A stretch of DNA of 64,000 nt from contig JAYZQJ010000133.1 in assembly GCA_036149055.1 (NCBI GenBank), positions 1 to 64,000 on the forward strand, in the 5' to 3' direction. The position numbers and the translations under genes were made by a program. Below the pieces are notes generated by a model. It was not told the DNA's origin. It saw only the letters and a program-made list of their open reading frames with translations, and did no database searches. This document shows, piece after piece, positions 34,077 through 43,780 of this stretch (within the stretch, counting starts at the first letter, position 1; every line of letters starts with the position of its first letter). The stretch is from Myxococcota bacterium (GTDB taxonomy: Bacteria > Myxococcota_A > Polyangia > Polyangiales > Sandaracinaceae).

Positions 34077-35363
34077 TCAATAAACGAAGGGCACGATCCG
34101 GTGCGGGACGCGGCGGCAGTACTCGTCCCAGTCGTCGCCGTACTTCTCTTTGCAGAGCGCGTGGTCGCGGCGCTCGCGGTTGATGAGGAGGGGCGCGAAG
34201 TAGATGAAGTAGAAGTAGGGGACGACCGAGGCGAAGCCGCAGGCGAGGCACCAGGCGAGCGCCATCATGAGGTCGCCCATGTAGTTGGTGTGCCGGGCGA
34301 GGCCCCACCAGCCGCTCAAGAGAAGCGAGGTGCCGCGCTTGGTCTTCAGCACCTTGGGCGGCTTGCCCCAGACCTTCGCGCTCGGGTCCCGACGGAAGCG
34401 CTGCTTCTGCAGGTTGGAGTCGCGGAAGACGACGTAGCCCGTGAAGTTGAGGACGAGCAGGCCGACGATGGCCCAGATCGGCAGGTCGGTCGGCTCGGCG
34501 AGCAGGTACTGCTGCTGCAGGGTGAAGTTGAAGGGGATCCACACGAGGAACGCGTGGGTGAGCATGAACCCGTAGTTCTCGTAGATGATGTCGAGCATCG
34601 AGAGCAGGTTCGACTCGAAGACGAAGAAGTCGGTGATGTAGAAGAGCTGGCAGATCGTCACGACCCACATCGCGCTCGAGATGCTGCCGGTGCGCTCGAG
34701 CTCGGCGGCCGGCAGGAGCACCGCGAGCGCGCCCCACGAGCCCATGCCCACGTGCGACTCGAAGAAGAACTTCAGGTCGAACAGGCCGAAGCGCGGGTTG
34801 AGCACCGTGCCCATGTAGAAGTCGTAGGCGACGTTGCCGCTCGAGCGCTCGAGCGGGCCGCGCTGCCGGCCCCAGGCGTAGAACCAGACCGCGAGCGCCA
34901 CCGCGACCAGCGTGGCGAGGGTCAGCAGCGGGCCGAGCTCCGCGAGCACCGACGACGCCGACAGGGTGCCGGTGGCGAGGAGCGCGAGCAGCACGCCGAT
35001 GGACACCACGAACGCGCTCAGCCCGTTGAGCTTGTACTTCAGCCGCTCGCCGTTCGGCAGGAGCGCGCCCTCGACCACCTTGCCGGGGCAGACGAGCTGC
35101 AGCACCACGTGGAGCGCGAGCCAGCCGCCGAGCATCGCGGTCGCCCGCCAGGTCGGCGCGGGGACCATCGCCGTCAGCTCCGCGAGCGACGTGGGCACCC
35201 AGAGCGAGCCGTCGTGCAGGCTGACGCTGGCCCAGAGATAGAAGGACACGACCGGCATCACGATCGTGAGCGCGAGCGCCCCGATCGGTCCGCCGAAGTG
35301 GTCCGCGGGCACGCGCTCGGCGGCCTCGGTGGACAGGGGCTGGGTGCTGCTCTGGCTCGTCAC
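34077..35363 (-). CDS. ERG4/ERG24-family sterol reductase
   Basis: LKYKLNG, YDFYMG..LNPR..FDLKFF, DIIYENYGFML, SNLQKQRFR, LLLSGWWGLARHTNYMGD and RD..C.EKYG..W.EYC.RVP. Confidence 0.9.
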   Translation of the reverse strand: MTSQSSTQPLSTEAAERVPADHFGGPIGALALTIVMPVVSFYLWASVSLHDGSLWVPTSLAELTAMVPAPTWRATAMLGGWLALHVVLQLVCPGKVVEGALLPNGERLKYKLNGLSAFVVSIGVLLALLATGTLSASSVLAELGPLLTLATLVAVALAVWFYAWGRQRGPLERSSGNVAYDFYMGTVLNPRFGLFDLKFFFESHVGMGSWGALAVLLPAAELERTGSISSAMWVVTICQLFYITDFFVFESNLLSMLDIIYENYGFMLTHAFLVWIPFNFTLQQQYLLAEPTDLPIWAIVGLLVLNFTGYVVFRDSNLQKQRFRRDPSAKVWGKPPKVLKTKRGTSLLLSGWWGLARHTNYMGDLMMALAWCLACGFASVVPYFYFIYFAPLLINRERRDHALCKEKYGDDWDEYCRRVPHRIVPFVY

Positions 35364-35405
35364 GGCGCGCCACCATAGCGGCCGAGCCCCCGGCTGACCA
35401 TCCGA

Positions 35406-35786
35406 TCAGAACGGGTCGACCATGTCGCCTCGGCACTTCGGACAGCGCCCCCAGCGCGCGCGCCCGATGAAGTCGCACGACGTGCACGTCTTGTCGCGCC
35501 CGCGCGCCAGCACCCAGAGCGAGCTCAGCAGGTCTCGCGCCCAGACGACCACCAGGCCCACGGCCACGAACGCGATCAGCGCGACGAGGCCGAAGCCGTC
35601 CATGTCTCCGGATCCGCTCCAGCCGCCCGGCGCCGAGGACGAGCCCCCGCTCGAGCCGCCCCCGGACGTGGCCTCCGGCGCGCCGAACCGGTCGCCGCCG
35701 TAGCTCCCGCCGGTCTGCTGCGCCGCGAGCCCCGCCGGGGTCGCCAGGAGGAGCGCGAGCAGCGCGAGGACGCTCGAGAGCCGCAT
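35406..35786 (-). CDS. Hypothetical membrane protein with C-terminal zinc ribbon
   Basis: Signal peptide, Gly-rich linker, TM helix, CTSC..WGRCPKC. Confidence 0.6.
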   Translation of the reverse strand: MRLSSVLALLALLLATPAGLAAQQTGGSYGGDRFGAPEATSGGGSSGGSSSAPGGWSGSGDMDGFGLVALIAFVAVGLVVVWARDLLSSLWVLARGRDKTCTSCDFIGRARWGRCPKCRGDMVDPF

Positions 35787-35848
35787 GCCCCCGAGGGTAC
35801 GCGACGTAACGACTCCCGGTCTCGCGCCTAAGCGCTACATCAAGAGTG

Positions 35849-36382
35849 ATGAGTGAACCCTCTCGATGGCGGCGGAGCCTGCGCGCGGCGTGGCCCTGGC
35901 TGCTGATGGCCGGGGCGATCGGGCTCTGGACGTTCGGCCGCGGCGGCCCGGCGATCGAGGAGGGCGCGCCCGCGCCGGCGCTCGTGGTGCCCTGGACCGG
36001 GGGCGGCGAGCTCGACCTCGGCGCCCGCGAGGGCAAGGTCACGGTGCTCGCCTTCTGGGCGACCTGGTGCGGGGCCTGCCGCGCCGAGGGCCCCGTCCTC
36101 TCCCGGGTGCACGAGCGGCTCCGCGAGCGCGGCGACGAGGTCATCGGCGTGTCGGTGGACGAGCTGCCCCTCGAGCGCGTGCACGACCGCGCCCGCGCCT
36201 ACGGCATGGACTACCCGATCGCGCTCGCGAGCCGCGCCGACACCGATCGCTTCCAGGTCGAGCTCCTCCCGACCATCTACGTCATCGGCCCCGATCGCCG
36301 CATCGCCGCCGCGTTCACCGGCGGCGTCGGCGAGTCGAGCTTGATGGAGGCGGTCGAGCGCGCCCGCGCCCGCTCCAAGTGA
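35849..36382 (+). CDS. TlpA/ResA-like thiol-disulfide reductase
   Basis: FWATWCGACRAE, GVSVD and LPTIYVI; N-terminal TM helix. Confidence 0.88.
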   Translation: MSEPSRWRRSLRAAWPWLLMAGAIGLWTFGRGGPAIEEGAPAPALVVPWTGGGELDLGAREGKVTVLAFWATWCGACRAEGPVLSRVHERLRERGDEVIGVSVDELPLERVHDRARAYGMDYPIALASRADTDRFQVELLPTIYVIGPDRRIAAAFTGGVGESSLMEAVERARARSK

Positions 36383-36383
36383 T

Positions 36384-38042
36384 CTAAGCGATCAGCTTGC
36401 CCGGGTTCATGATGCCCTCCGGGTCGAGGGCCGCCTTGGTGGCCTCGAGCACGCTCATGCCGAGCGCGCCCTTCTCCGCCGGGAGCCAGTCGGCGTGGTC
36501 GACGCCGACCCCGTGGTGGTGGCTGATCGTGCCGCCGTTCTCGCTGATCGCGCGGCTCGCCGCCTCCTTGATGCGCCGCCACTGGCCGACCTCGTCGTCC
36601 AGGTCGCGCCCGAAGAGGAAGGTGAAGTACAGGCTCGTGCCCGACAGGTAGGTGTGGCTGATGTGGGCGAGCACCTGCCCCCGGTGGCCGCCGGCCGCGA
36701 TCGCGCCGAGGATGGCCCCGCGCACCGCGCCGTAGAGCCGCGGCACGTTGGCCCAGGTGGTCGAGGTCTCGAGGGTGTCGAGGCCCACGCCGCGGTCGAG
36801 CAGCGGGTCGCGGAAGTAGGGCATCGAGAAGCGGTTCTCGTACCAGCTGTTGCCGGGCCCGCGCCCGACGAAGAGGCCGCCCTTGCGGGTCGCGATCGCG
36901 AACGCGTGCCGCCAGCTCATGCGCACGATGGCCGCCGGGCCCTCGAAGCCGACCATCAGCACGCAGGGCGCGTCGAAGCCGACCTTGCCGAGCGCGCCGA
37001 GCGCGATCTCCTGCGCCTTGGACGGCTTGAGCACCGCCTTGAACTCGCCGTAGAAGTGCGTCTCGGCCACGTCGCTGAGCCGCAGGGTCGAGACCGGCAG
37101 CTCGGCCTGGGTGATCGCGCGCACCGCCTCCACCCCGCTCTCCCAGTCGCGGAAGAGGAAGGAGACGAAGTCCCGCGCCTCGGCCGTCTCGTGGATCTTC
37201 ACGGTGGCCTCGGTGATCACGCCGAGCGCGCCCTCCGAGCCGGCGATGACCTGGTTGAGGTCCGGGCCGGCGGCCGACGCGGGGAACGGCTGGGTGCGCC
37301 ACTCGCCCTTCGGGGTGGCGACCCGGGCGGCGACGAGCTGCTTGGCCGCGCCGCCGTAGCGGTTGGACTGCTGGCCGGCGCCCCGGGCCGCGATCCAGCC
37401 GCCGAGGGTGGAGAACTCGAACGACTGCGGGAAGTGCCCGAGCGTGTAGCCGCGCTCGGCGAGCACCTCCTCGAGCTCGGGCCCGTAGATGCCCGCCTCG
37501 AACGTCGCGGTGAGGCTCGTCTCGTCGAGATCGAGCAGCCGGCTCATGCGCGTCGTGTCCAGGGTGACCACGCCCGCCTGGCCGCCGTCCTTCCGGGCCT
37601 CGACGCCGCCGACCACCGAGGAGCCGCCCCCGAAGGGCACCACCGCGACGCGCTGCTCGGTGCAGTACGCGAGGATCTGCACCACCTCGTCGTGGCTCTC
37701 CGGATAGACGACCGCGTCCGGCGCCTCGGCGATCTCGCCGGACCGGATGCGGACCAGGTCGTAGTAGCTCTTGCCCACCGCGTGGAACGCGCGCTCGTAG
37801 GCGTCGGTGCGCACCCGGTCGTCGGCGGTGATGGCGCGGAGCTGGTCCAGCACCTCCTCCCGCAGCTCGACCGACGGCAGCGTCAGCGCGTCGAGGGGCT
37901 TGGCCGGCGTGTCCGGCAGGGTGTCGACGCCCAGGGCGTCCTTCACGAAGCGCCACACCTCGGCGTCCCGGCCGTGGAGGTCGAAGCTCTGCGCCTTCAG
38001 CCCCCAGCCATTGAAACGAAGCTCGTCGCGGCGATATCGCAT
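36384..38042 (-). CDS. Alkyl-dihydroxyacetonephosphate synthase-like FAD oxidoreductase
   Basis: FNGWG, PFGGGSSVVGG, GHFPQSFEFSTLGGWIA, GSEG, HISHTY..G.SLYF and SHHHGVG. Confidence 0.85.
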   Translation of the reverse strand: MRYRRDELRFNGWGLKAQSFDLHGRDAEVWRFVKDALGVDTLPDTPAKPLDALTLPSVELREEVLDQLRAITADDRVRTDAYERAFHAVGKSYYDLVRIRSGEIAEAPDAVVYPESHDEVVQILAYCTEQRVAVVPFGGGSSVVGGVEARKDGGQAGVVTLDTTRMSRLLDLDETSLTATFEAGIYGPELEEVLAERGYTLGHFPQSFEFSTLGGWIAARGAGQQSNRYGGAAKQLVAARVATPKGEWRTQPFPASAAGPDLNQVIAGSEGALGVITEATVKIHETAEARDFVSFLFRDWESGVEAVRAITQAELPVSTLRLSDVAETHFYGEFKAVLKPSKAQEIALGALGKVGFDAPCVLMVGFEGPAAIVRMSWRHAFAIATRKGGLFVGRGPGNSWYENRFSMPYFRDPLLDRGVGLDTLETSTTWANVPRLYGAVRGAILGAIAAGGHRGQVLAHISHTYLSGTSLYFTFLFGRDLDDEVGQWRRIKEAASRAISENGGTISHHHGVGVDHADWLPAEKGALGMSVLEATKAALDPEGIMNPGKLIA

Positions 38043-38087
38043 GGGAGGCGAGCCTGCCGCGGCGCGATGCCCCGGGCAACCGCCGTC

Positions 38088-38115
38088 TTGACTGAGATTC
38101 CGGGCGCCCTATGGT
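38088..38115 (+). promoter_or_regulatory. Putative sigma70 promoter for ribA
   Basis: TTGACT-16 bp-TATGGT. Confidence 0.45.
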
Positions 38116-38228
38116 CACCCGGCCCCGTCCCGGGAGAGGGGCAACGTCTCCCGAACGTGGTTAGGATCCTCGTGGACGCGCTCCACGCTCGAACCCAGGG
38201 TTTTGCCAACCAAAAGGTGGCTGACCCG

Positions 38229-38888
38229 ATGAACTTCGCACTCATGACCGACCCGACCCGAGAGACGACCGTCGAACGTTACGCGGAAGCGGACGTGCCG
38301 ACCGAGTACGGCCTCTTCAAGCTGATCGTGTACCGCGAGCGAGGCACCAAGGACCTCGTCGAGCACGTCGCGGTGGTCAAAGGCGACGTCTCCGGCAAGC
38401 ACGGCGTGCACATCCGCGTGCACTCCGAGTGCCTCACCGGCGAGGTGCTGCACTCGATGAAGTGCGACTGCCGCGAGCAGCTCGACTTCGGCCTCCGTCA
38501 CATCAGCGACGAGGACCACGGCGCGGTGCTCTACCTCCGCCAGGAGGGCCGCGGCATCGGCCTCGGCAACAAGATCAAGGCGTACGCGCTCCAGCAGAAG
38601 GGCATCGACACGGTCGACGCCAACCGGATGCTGGGCTTCGAGGACGACCTCCGCCGCTACCACATCGCGACCGACATGCTCTCCGACCTCGGGGTCGAGT
38701 CGGTGGTGCTGCTGACGAACAACCCGGCCAAGGTCGACGCCCTGCGCAACGACGGTGTCCAGGTCAGCGGCCGCCTCCCGGTGCACATCGAGCCGAACGA
38801 GCACAGCCGCGACTACCTGCTGACCAAGCGCGCCCGCATGGGCCACATGCTCGGCAACCTCGGCGAGCTCCTCCTCGACGCCGAGTAG
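38229..38888 (+). CDS. ribA: GTP cyclohydrolase II
   Basis: RVHSECLTGE, KCDCREQL, YLRQEGRGIGL.NK and LLTNNPAK. Confidence 0.93.
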   Translation: MNFALMTDPTRETTVERYAEADVPTEYGLFKLIVYRERGTKDLVEHVAVVKGDVSGKHGVHIRVHSECLTGEVLHSMKCDCREQLDFGLRHISDEDHGAVLYLRQEGRGIGLGNKIKAYALQQKGIDTVDANRMLGFEDDLRRYHIATDMLSDLGVESVVLLTNNPAKVDALRNDGVQVSGRLPVHIEPNEHSRDYLLTKRARMGHMLGNLGELLLDAE

Positions 38889-38912
38889 GCGACGGGGCAT
38901 CCTCGCCCCGAG

Positions 38913-39269
38913 ATGGAGTGCGCGGAGCACGGCTTGCACGGTGCCTGCGTGCGCTGCGGCAGCTTCGTCTGTCGCGCGTGCCGGCGCTGGGTCGACGAGC
39001 GGCTGCACTGCGCCGCCTGCCAGGCGCGGGTCGGTGACGGGCCGGGGACGCTGGCGATGGCGGCGGCCCTCTGCTCGACCCTCGGCCTCGGCTGTCTGCT
39101 CCCCGGCGCGCTCGGCGCGATCCTCGGCGGCCTGGCGCTGCGGGCCATCCAGCGCGGCGCCGCGCCCCCGGCGGGGAGGCCGTTCGCGCGGCTCGCGCTC
39201 TGGCTCGGCCTCGCCGAGGTGGCCGCGCTGATCGTCGCCCTGCTTTTTCTGTCCGCCACGAGCGCGTAG
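38913..39269 (+). CDS. Zinc-finger plus DUF4190-like membrane protein
   Basis: CAEH..CVRCG..CRAC..CAAC followed by two hydrophobic helices. Confidence 0.6.
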   Translation: MECAEHGLHGACVRCGSFVCRACRRWVDERLHCAACQARVGDGPGTLAMAAALCSTLGLGCLLPGALGAILGGLALRAIQRGAAPPAGRPFARLALWLGLAEVAALIVALLFLSATSA

Positions 39270-39278
39270 CATCGCCGG

Positions 39279-39908
39279 ATGCCGAAAAAGAAGTTCGCCG
39301 TCGAGGAGGGCGCGCCGAAGCGCCTCGAGGTGGAGTGGAGCGGGCAGTTCGACACCACGACCTTCCGCTGGGACGGCGCGACGCTGAGCGAGCACGACGG
39401 GTTCGAGATGACGGAGGGCGTGACCCTGTCCCTGCCCGAGGGCTTCACCGTCGAGGCCATGGCCGTCCGAGGCGGCGGCCTCTGGCCCGGCAGCAAGGTG
39501 AAGCGGCTCACGCTCCGTTTCCCGGACGGCTCCCCGGTGCCCGGCTCCGGCGAGGACCCGCGAGAGGCGAGCAGGCAGGCAGGCTACCTGCTCTACTTCA
39601 TCGCCGGGCTGAACGCGCTCTGCGGCGTCTTCGCGATCGTGACCGGCGCCGACGCTTTCGCGGCGGCCGGGATCGGCGTCGGGCAGATGTGCGCGGGCGT
39701 CCTCTACGGCGTCCTCGGCCTGTTCACCATGCGGGGCTCGCGCGTCGCGCTCGCCATCGCGATGGGGCTGTACGCGGTCGACGGGATCGCCACGCTGGCC
39801 ATGAGCGTGGCCGAAGGCGGGAGGCCGAGCGTGTTCGGCCTCTTCATCCGGATCGGCTTCTTGATCGCGCTCGGCACGGCGTTCCGGACGATGAAGCCAC
39901 GGCGTTGA
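39279..39908 (+). CDS. Hypothetical membrane protein
   Basis: Soluble N-terminal half plus about four TM segments. Confidence 0.7.
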   Translation: MPKKKFAVEEGAPKRLEVEWSGQFDTTTFRWDGATLSEHDGFEMTEGVTLSLPEGFTVEAMAVRGGGLWPGSKVKRLTLRFPDGSPVPGSGEDPREASRQAGYLLYFIAGLNALCGVFAIVTGADAFAAAGIGVGQMCAGVLYGVLGLFTMRGSRVALAIAMGLYAVDGIATLAMSVAEGGRPSVFGLFIRIGFLIALGTAFRTMKPRR

Positions 39909-41034
39909 TAGAGTGGAGGCGTGAGAGCCCTCGCGTTCGCCGTCGCCCTGGCCGGATGCGCCGACGTGGGCGCGGCGAGGGCGCCGATCGCGAACGGCGT
40001 CGAGGCGCCAGGCGAGGCGAGCGTCGAGGCGAGCGTGGTCGCGCTCGTCGATGCTCGAGGCGACCTGCGGTGCTCGGGCGCGCTCATCGGAGAGCGCGTG
40101 GTGCTGACCGCGGCCCACTGCGCGGCCGACTCGGCCCGGGCGGAGCCCGACGTGGCCGTGGTCTTCGGTCCCCGCACCGACGAGGAGGGCGTCGCGATCC
40201 TCGAGGCGCGCGCGCACCCGGACTGGCGCGGCGAGGCCGACGCCGACGTCGCGCTCCTGCTCCTCGCCGAGCCCGCGAGCGCCGCGCCGCTGCCGCTCGC
40301 TCCGGGCGCCGCCGCCGCGCCGCCGCCGGTCTCGGTCCGGCTGGTGGGCTACGGGCTCACCGCCGCCGGGGCCGACGACGACGACCGACGGCGCGCCGGC
40401 GACGCGGTCACCACCGAGGTCACGCCGGGCCACGTGGTCCTCGGCGCCGACCCCGCGCTCGCCTGCCGCGGCGACTCCGGGGGCCCGGCGCTGATCGACG
40501 GCGCGGTGGCGGCGGTCATCAGCCGGGGAGACGCCGCGTGCGAGACCCGCACCCGCGCCGCCCGCGTCGACGCGGTCCTGCCGTTCCTGGAGGCCACCCT
40601 CGCCGACTGGGCGGACGGAGCGCGCGGCGCGGGAGAGTGGTGCCTGCACGCCGACCACTGCGAGGGCGGCGCCTGCGTCGAGGCGCCGGACGAGCCGGCG
40701 ATCCGCTACTGCGACGCCCCCTGCGCGGCCGACGCCGACTGCCCGGCGGCGATGACCTGCGCCTCCGGCCGCTGCGCCTACCCGACGCCGACGCCGGGCG
40801 CCTTCGGGGGCCCGTGCGCGTCGGACGCCGAGTGCGCGCGCGGCGAGTGCGTCGACGACCCGTCGTTCTGCAGCGTGCGCTGCGTGACCGGACGCGGCGA
40901 CTGCCCGAGCGGCGCGAGCTGCGCTCACCTCGGCGGCGTCGACTTCTTCTGCGTCCCCGACCCGGCCCCCGCCGGCTGCGCCATCGCACCGACGCGCAGG
41001 TCCGGCGCGGGGCTCCTGCTCGTCCTCGCGCTCC

Positions 41035-41631
<597 letters not shown>

Positions 41632-41664
41632 GGGCGCCTCCTCGTGTTTCGAGCAGGTTACCAG

Positions 41665-41677
41665 CTTGTCTGACAAG
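41665..41677. promoter_or_regulatory. Putative FadR/GntR operator
   Basis: Perfect dyad CTTGTC-T-GACAAG in the 70-bp divergent intergenic region. Confidence 0.6.
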
Positions 41678-41701
41678 TTTCCAGCAGGTATCTTCCGGGT
41701 C

Positions 41702-42421
41702 ATGGAGGACGTCTTCGATCGCGCGCTCGCCGAGGTGGGCCGAGAGCCCCTGTGCATGACCGTGGCCAGCCAGATCCGGGCCTCGATCCTCTCGGGCGCC
41801 CTCTCGGACGGCACCGCGCTGCCCAGCGAGAAGGAGCTGTCGGCCCGGCTCGGGGTCGGCCGCTCCACCGTCCGGGAGGCCCTCCGCATCTTGCAGGCGC
41901 AGGGCCTGATCAGCGGCGGCAGCTCCGTCTCCACCAAGGGCCCGGTGGTCACCCGGGACGGCGCCCTGCCGATCGCCGCCTCCGCGCTCGAGGCGGTGGT
42001 GGCCCTCGGTCAGGTCCCCCTCGCCGACCTCGTCGGGCTCCGCACCCTGATCGAGAGCGCGGCGCTGCGGGCGGCCGCGGAGGCCCGGCGGGAGGACGCG
42101 CTCGAGGCGGCCGAGGCGGCCCTCGAGGAGATGCGCGCGGCCGGCGCCGACGTCGAGCGCGCCCACCGGGCCGACGTCGCGTTCCACGCCGCGCTGATCG
42201 ACGGCGCCGACAACGGCGCCTACTCCCTCGTCTACCGGGTGCTGCGCGAGAGCATCGCCGCCCACCTCCGCGACGCGCTCGACGCCGAGCCCGACCCGGG
42301 CGGCACCGTCGCGCGCCTGGTCGCGGAGCACGAGGACATCCTCGAGGCGGTGCGCGCCGGCGACGGTCACGCGGCGGCGGCGACCCTGCGCGGCCACCTC
42401 GACGGGTTCTACGGATCATGA
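41702..42421 (+). CDS. GntR/FadR family regulator
   Basis: LPSEKELSARLGVGRSTVREAL; FCD domain DVAFH and EHEDIL. Confidence 0.9.
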   Translation: MEDVFDRALAEVGREPLCMTVASQIRASILSGALSDGTALPSEKELSARLGVGRSTVREALRILQAQGLISGGSSVSTKGPVVTRDGALPIAASALEAVVALGQVPLADLVGLRTLIESAALRAAAEARREDALEAAEAALEEMRAAGADVERAHRADVAFHAALIDGADNGAYSLVYRVLRESIAAHLRDALDAEPDPGGTVARLVAEHEDILEAVRAGDGHAAAATLRGHLDGFYGS

Positions 42422-43776
42422 GCCTGCTCGACCGGCTCGCGCGCGACCTGCCGCCGGAGGCGCTCGTCACCGACGCGGACGTGATGGCGCAGTACGCCCG
42501 CGATCAGGCCGGCCCCTGCCCCGCCGGCGCCCCGGCCGCGGTGGTGATCCCGCGCTCGGTCGAGCACGTCGCCCTGACCCTCCGGCTCGCGAGCGAGACC
42601 CGCACGCCGGTCGTGCCCCGGGGCGCGGGCACCGGGCTGAGCGGGGGCGCCAACGCGATCGACGGCTGCGTCGTGCTGAGCCTGCACGCCCTCGACCGGG
42701 TGCTCTCGATCGACCCCGCGACCCGCCTGGCCACCGTCGAGCCCGGGGTGCTGAACGCCACCCTCGACGCGCGCGCCCGCGAGCACGGCCTGATGTACGC
42801 GCCCGACCCGGCGAGCCGCGAGATCTCGACGGTGGGCGGCAACGTGGCCACCAACGCCGGCGGCGCGTGCTGCCTGAAGTACGGCGTCACCGGAGATCAC
42901 ATCGCCCGGCTGCGCGCGGTGCTCGCCGACGGCACCGAGATCCAGACCGGCAGCGCGACGGTGAAGAACGTGGCCGGGCTCGATCTGCAGCGGCTGCTGA
43001 TCGGCTCGGAGGGCACGCTGGCGGTGGTGGTCGAGATCACCGCCCGGCTCCTCCCGGCGCGCCCGGCCTGCGGGACCCTGGTGGCCTTCTTCCCCTCGCT
43101 GCAGGCGGCGGGCGAGGCGATCGTCGCGCTCGAGCGGCCGCGCGCGCTCTCCAAGCTCGAGGTCATGGACCGGACGACGGTGCGCGCGGTCGAGGACCTG
43201 ACCCGCATGGAGCTCGACACCGACGCGGCGGCGATGATCCTCGCCCAGGCCGACACCGCGGACGCGGCCGCGCTCATGGAGCAGGCCGAGCGCCTCTGCG
43301 TCGAGCGCGGCGCCACCCTCGCGATGACCACGCTCGACGAGGCGGAGGGCAAGATGCTCATGGCGGCCCGGAGCGCGGCGCTGCCCGCCCTCGAGAAGAA
43401 GGGCCACTGCCTGCTCGACGACGTCGCGGTCCCCGTGCCTCGCGTCCCCGCGCTGCTCGCCCTCTGCGCGGAGGCGGCGGAGCGTCGCGGGGTGACGGTG
43501 GGGACCTTCGGCCACGCGGGCGACGGCAACCTCCACCCCACCCTCGTCTACGACGCGCGCGACCCGGCGGAGAGCCAGGCCGCGCTCGAGGCCTTCGACG
43601 ACATCCTCCGCGGCGCGCTCGAGCTCGGGGGCACCGTCACCGGTGAGCACGGCGTCGGCACCCTCAAGCGAGATTACGTCGAGCGCATGGTCGGGAAGCG
43701 GGAGCGGACCCTGATGCACGGCATCAAGCAGGTCTTCGATCCCCTCGGCATCCTCAACCCCGGCAAGGCCTACTGA
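42418..43776 (+). CDS. FAD-linked oxidase (GlcD/D-lactate dehydrogenase family)
   Basis: PRGAGTGLSGG, PDPAS, GGNVATNAGG, GSEGTL, GHAGDGNLHP, GEHGVG and LNPGK. Confidence 0.9.
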   Translation: MSLLDRLARDLPPEALVTDADVMAQYARDQAGPCPAGAPAAVVIPRSVEHVALTLRLASETRTPVVPRGAGTGLSGGANAIDGCVVLSLHALDRVLSIDPATRLATVEPGVLNATLDARAREHGLMYAPDPASREISTVGGNVATNAGGACCLKYGVTGDHIARLRAVLADGTEIQTGSATVKNVAGLDLQRLLIGSEGTLAVVVEITARLLPARPACGTLVAFFPSLQAAGEAIVALERPRALSKLEVMDRTTVRAVEDLTRMELDTDAAAMILAQADTADAAALMEQAERLCVERGATLAMTTLDEAEGKMLMAARSAALPALEKKGHCLLDDVAVPVPRVPALLALCAEAAERRGVTVGTFGHAGDGNLHPTLVYDARDPAESQAALEAFDDILRGALELGGTVTGEHGVGTLKRDYVERMVGKRERTLMHGIKQVFDPLGILNPGKAY

Positions 43777-43780
43777 CCGC

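Noticed and set aside
38043..38228. FMN riboswitch upstream of ribA
   Set aside because: The conserved RFN sequence blocks are not recognisable; it is kept only as an unknown structured leader.
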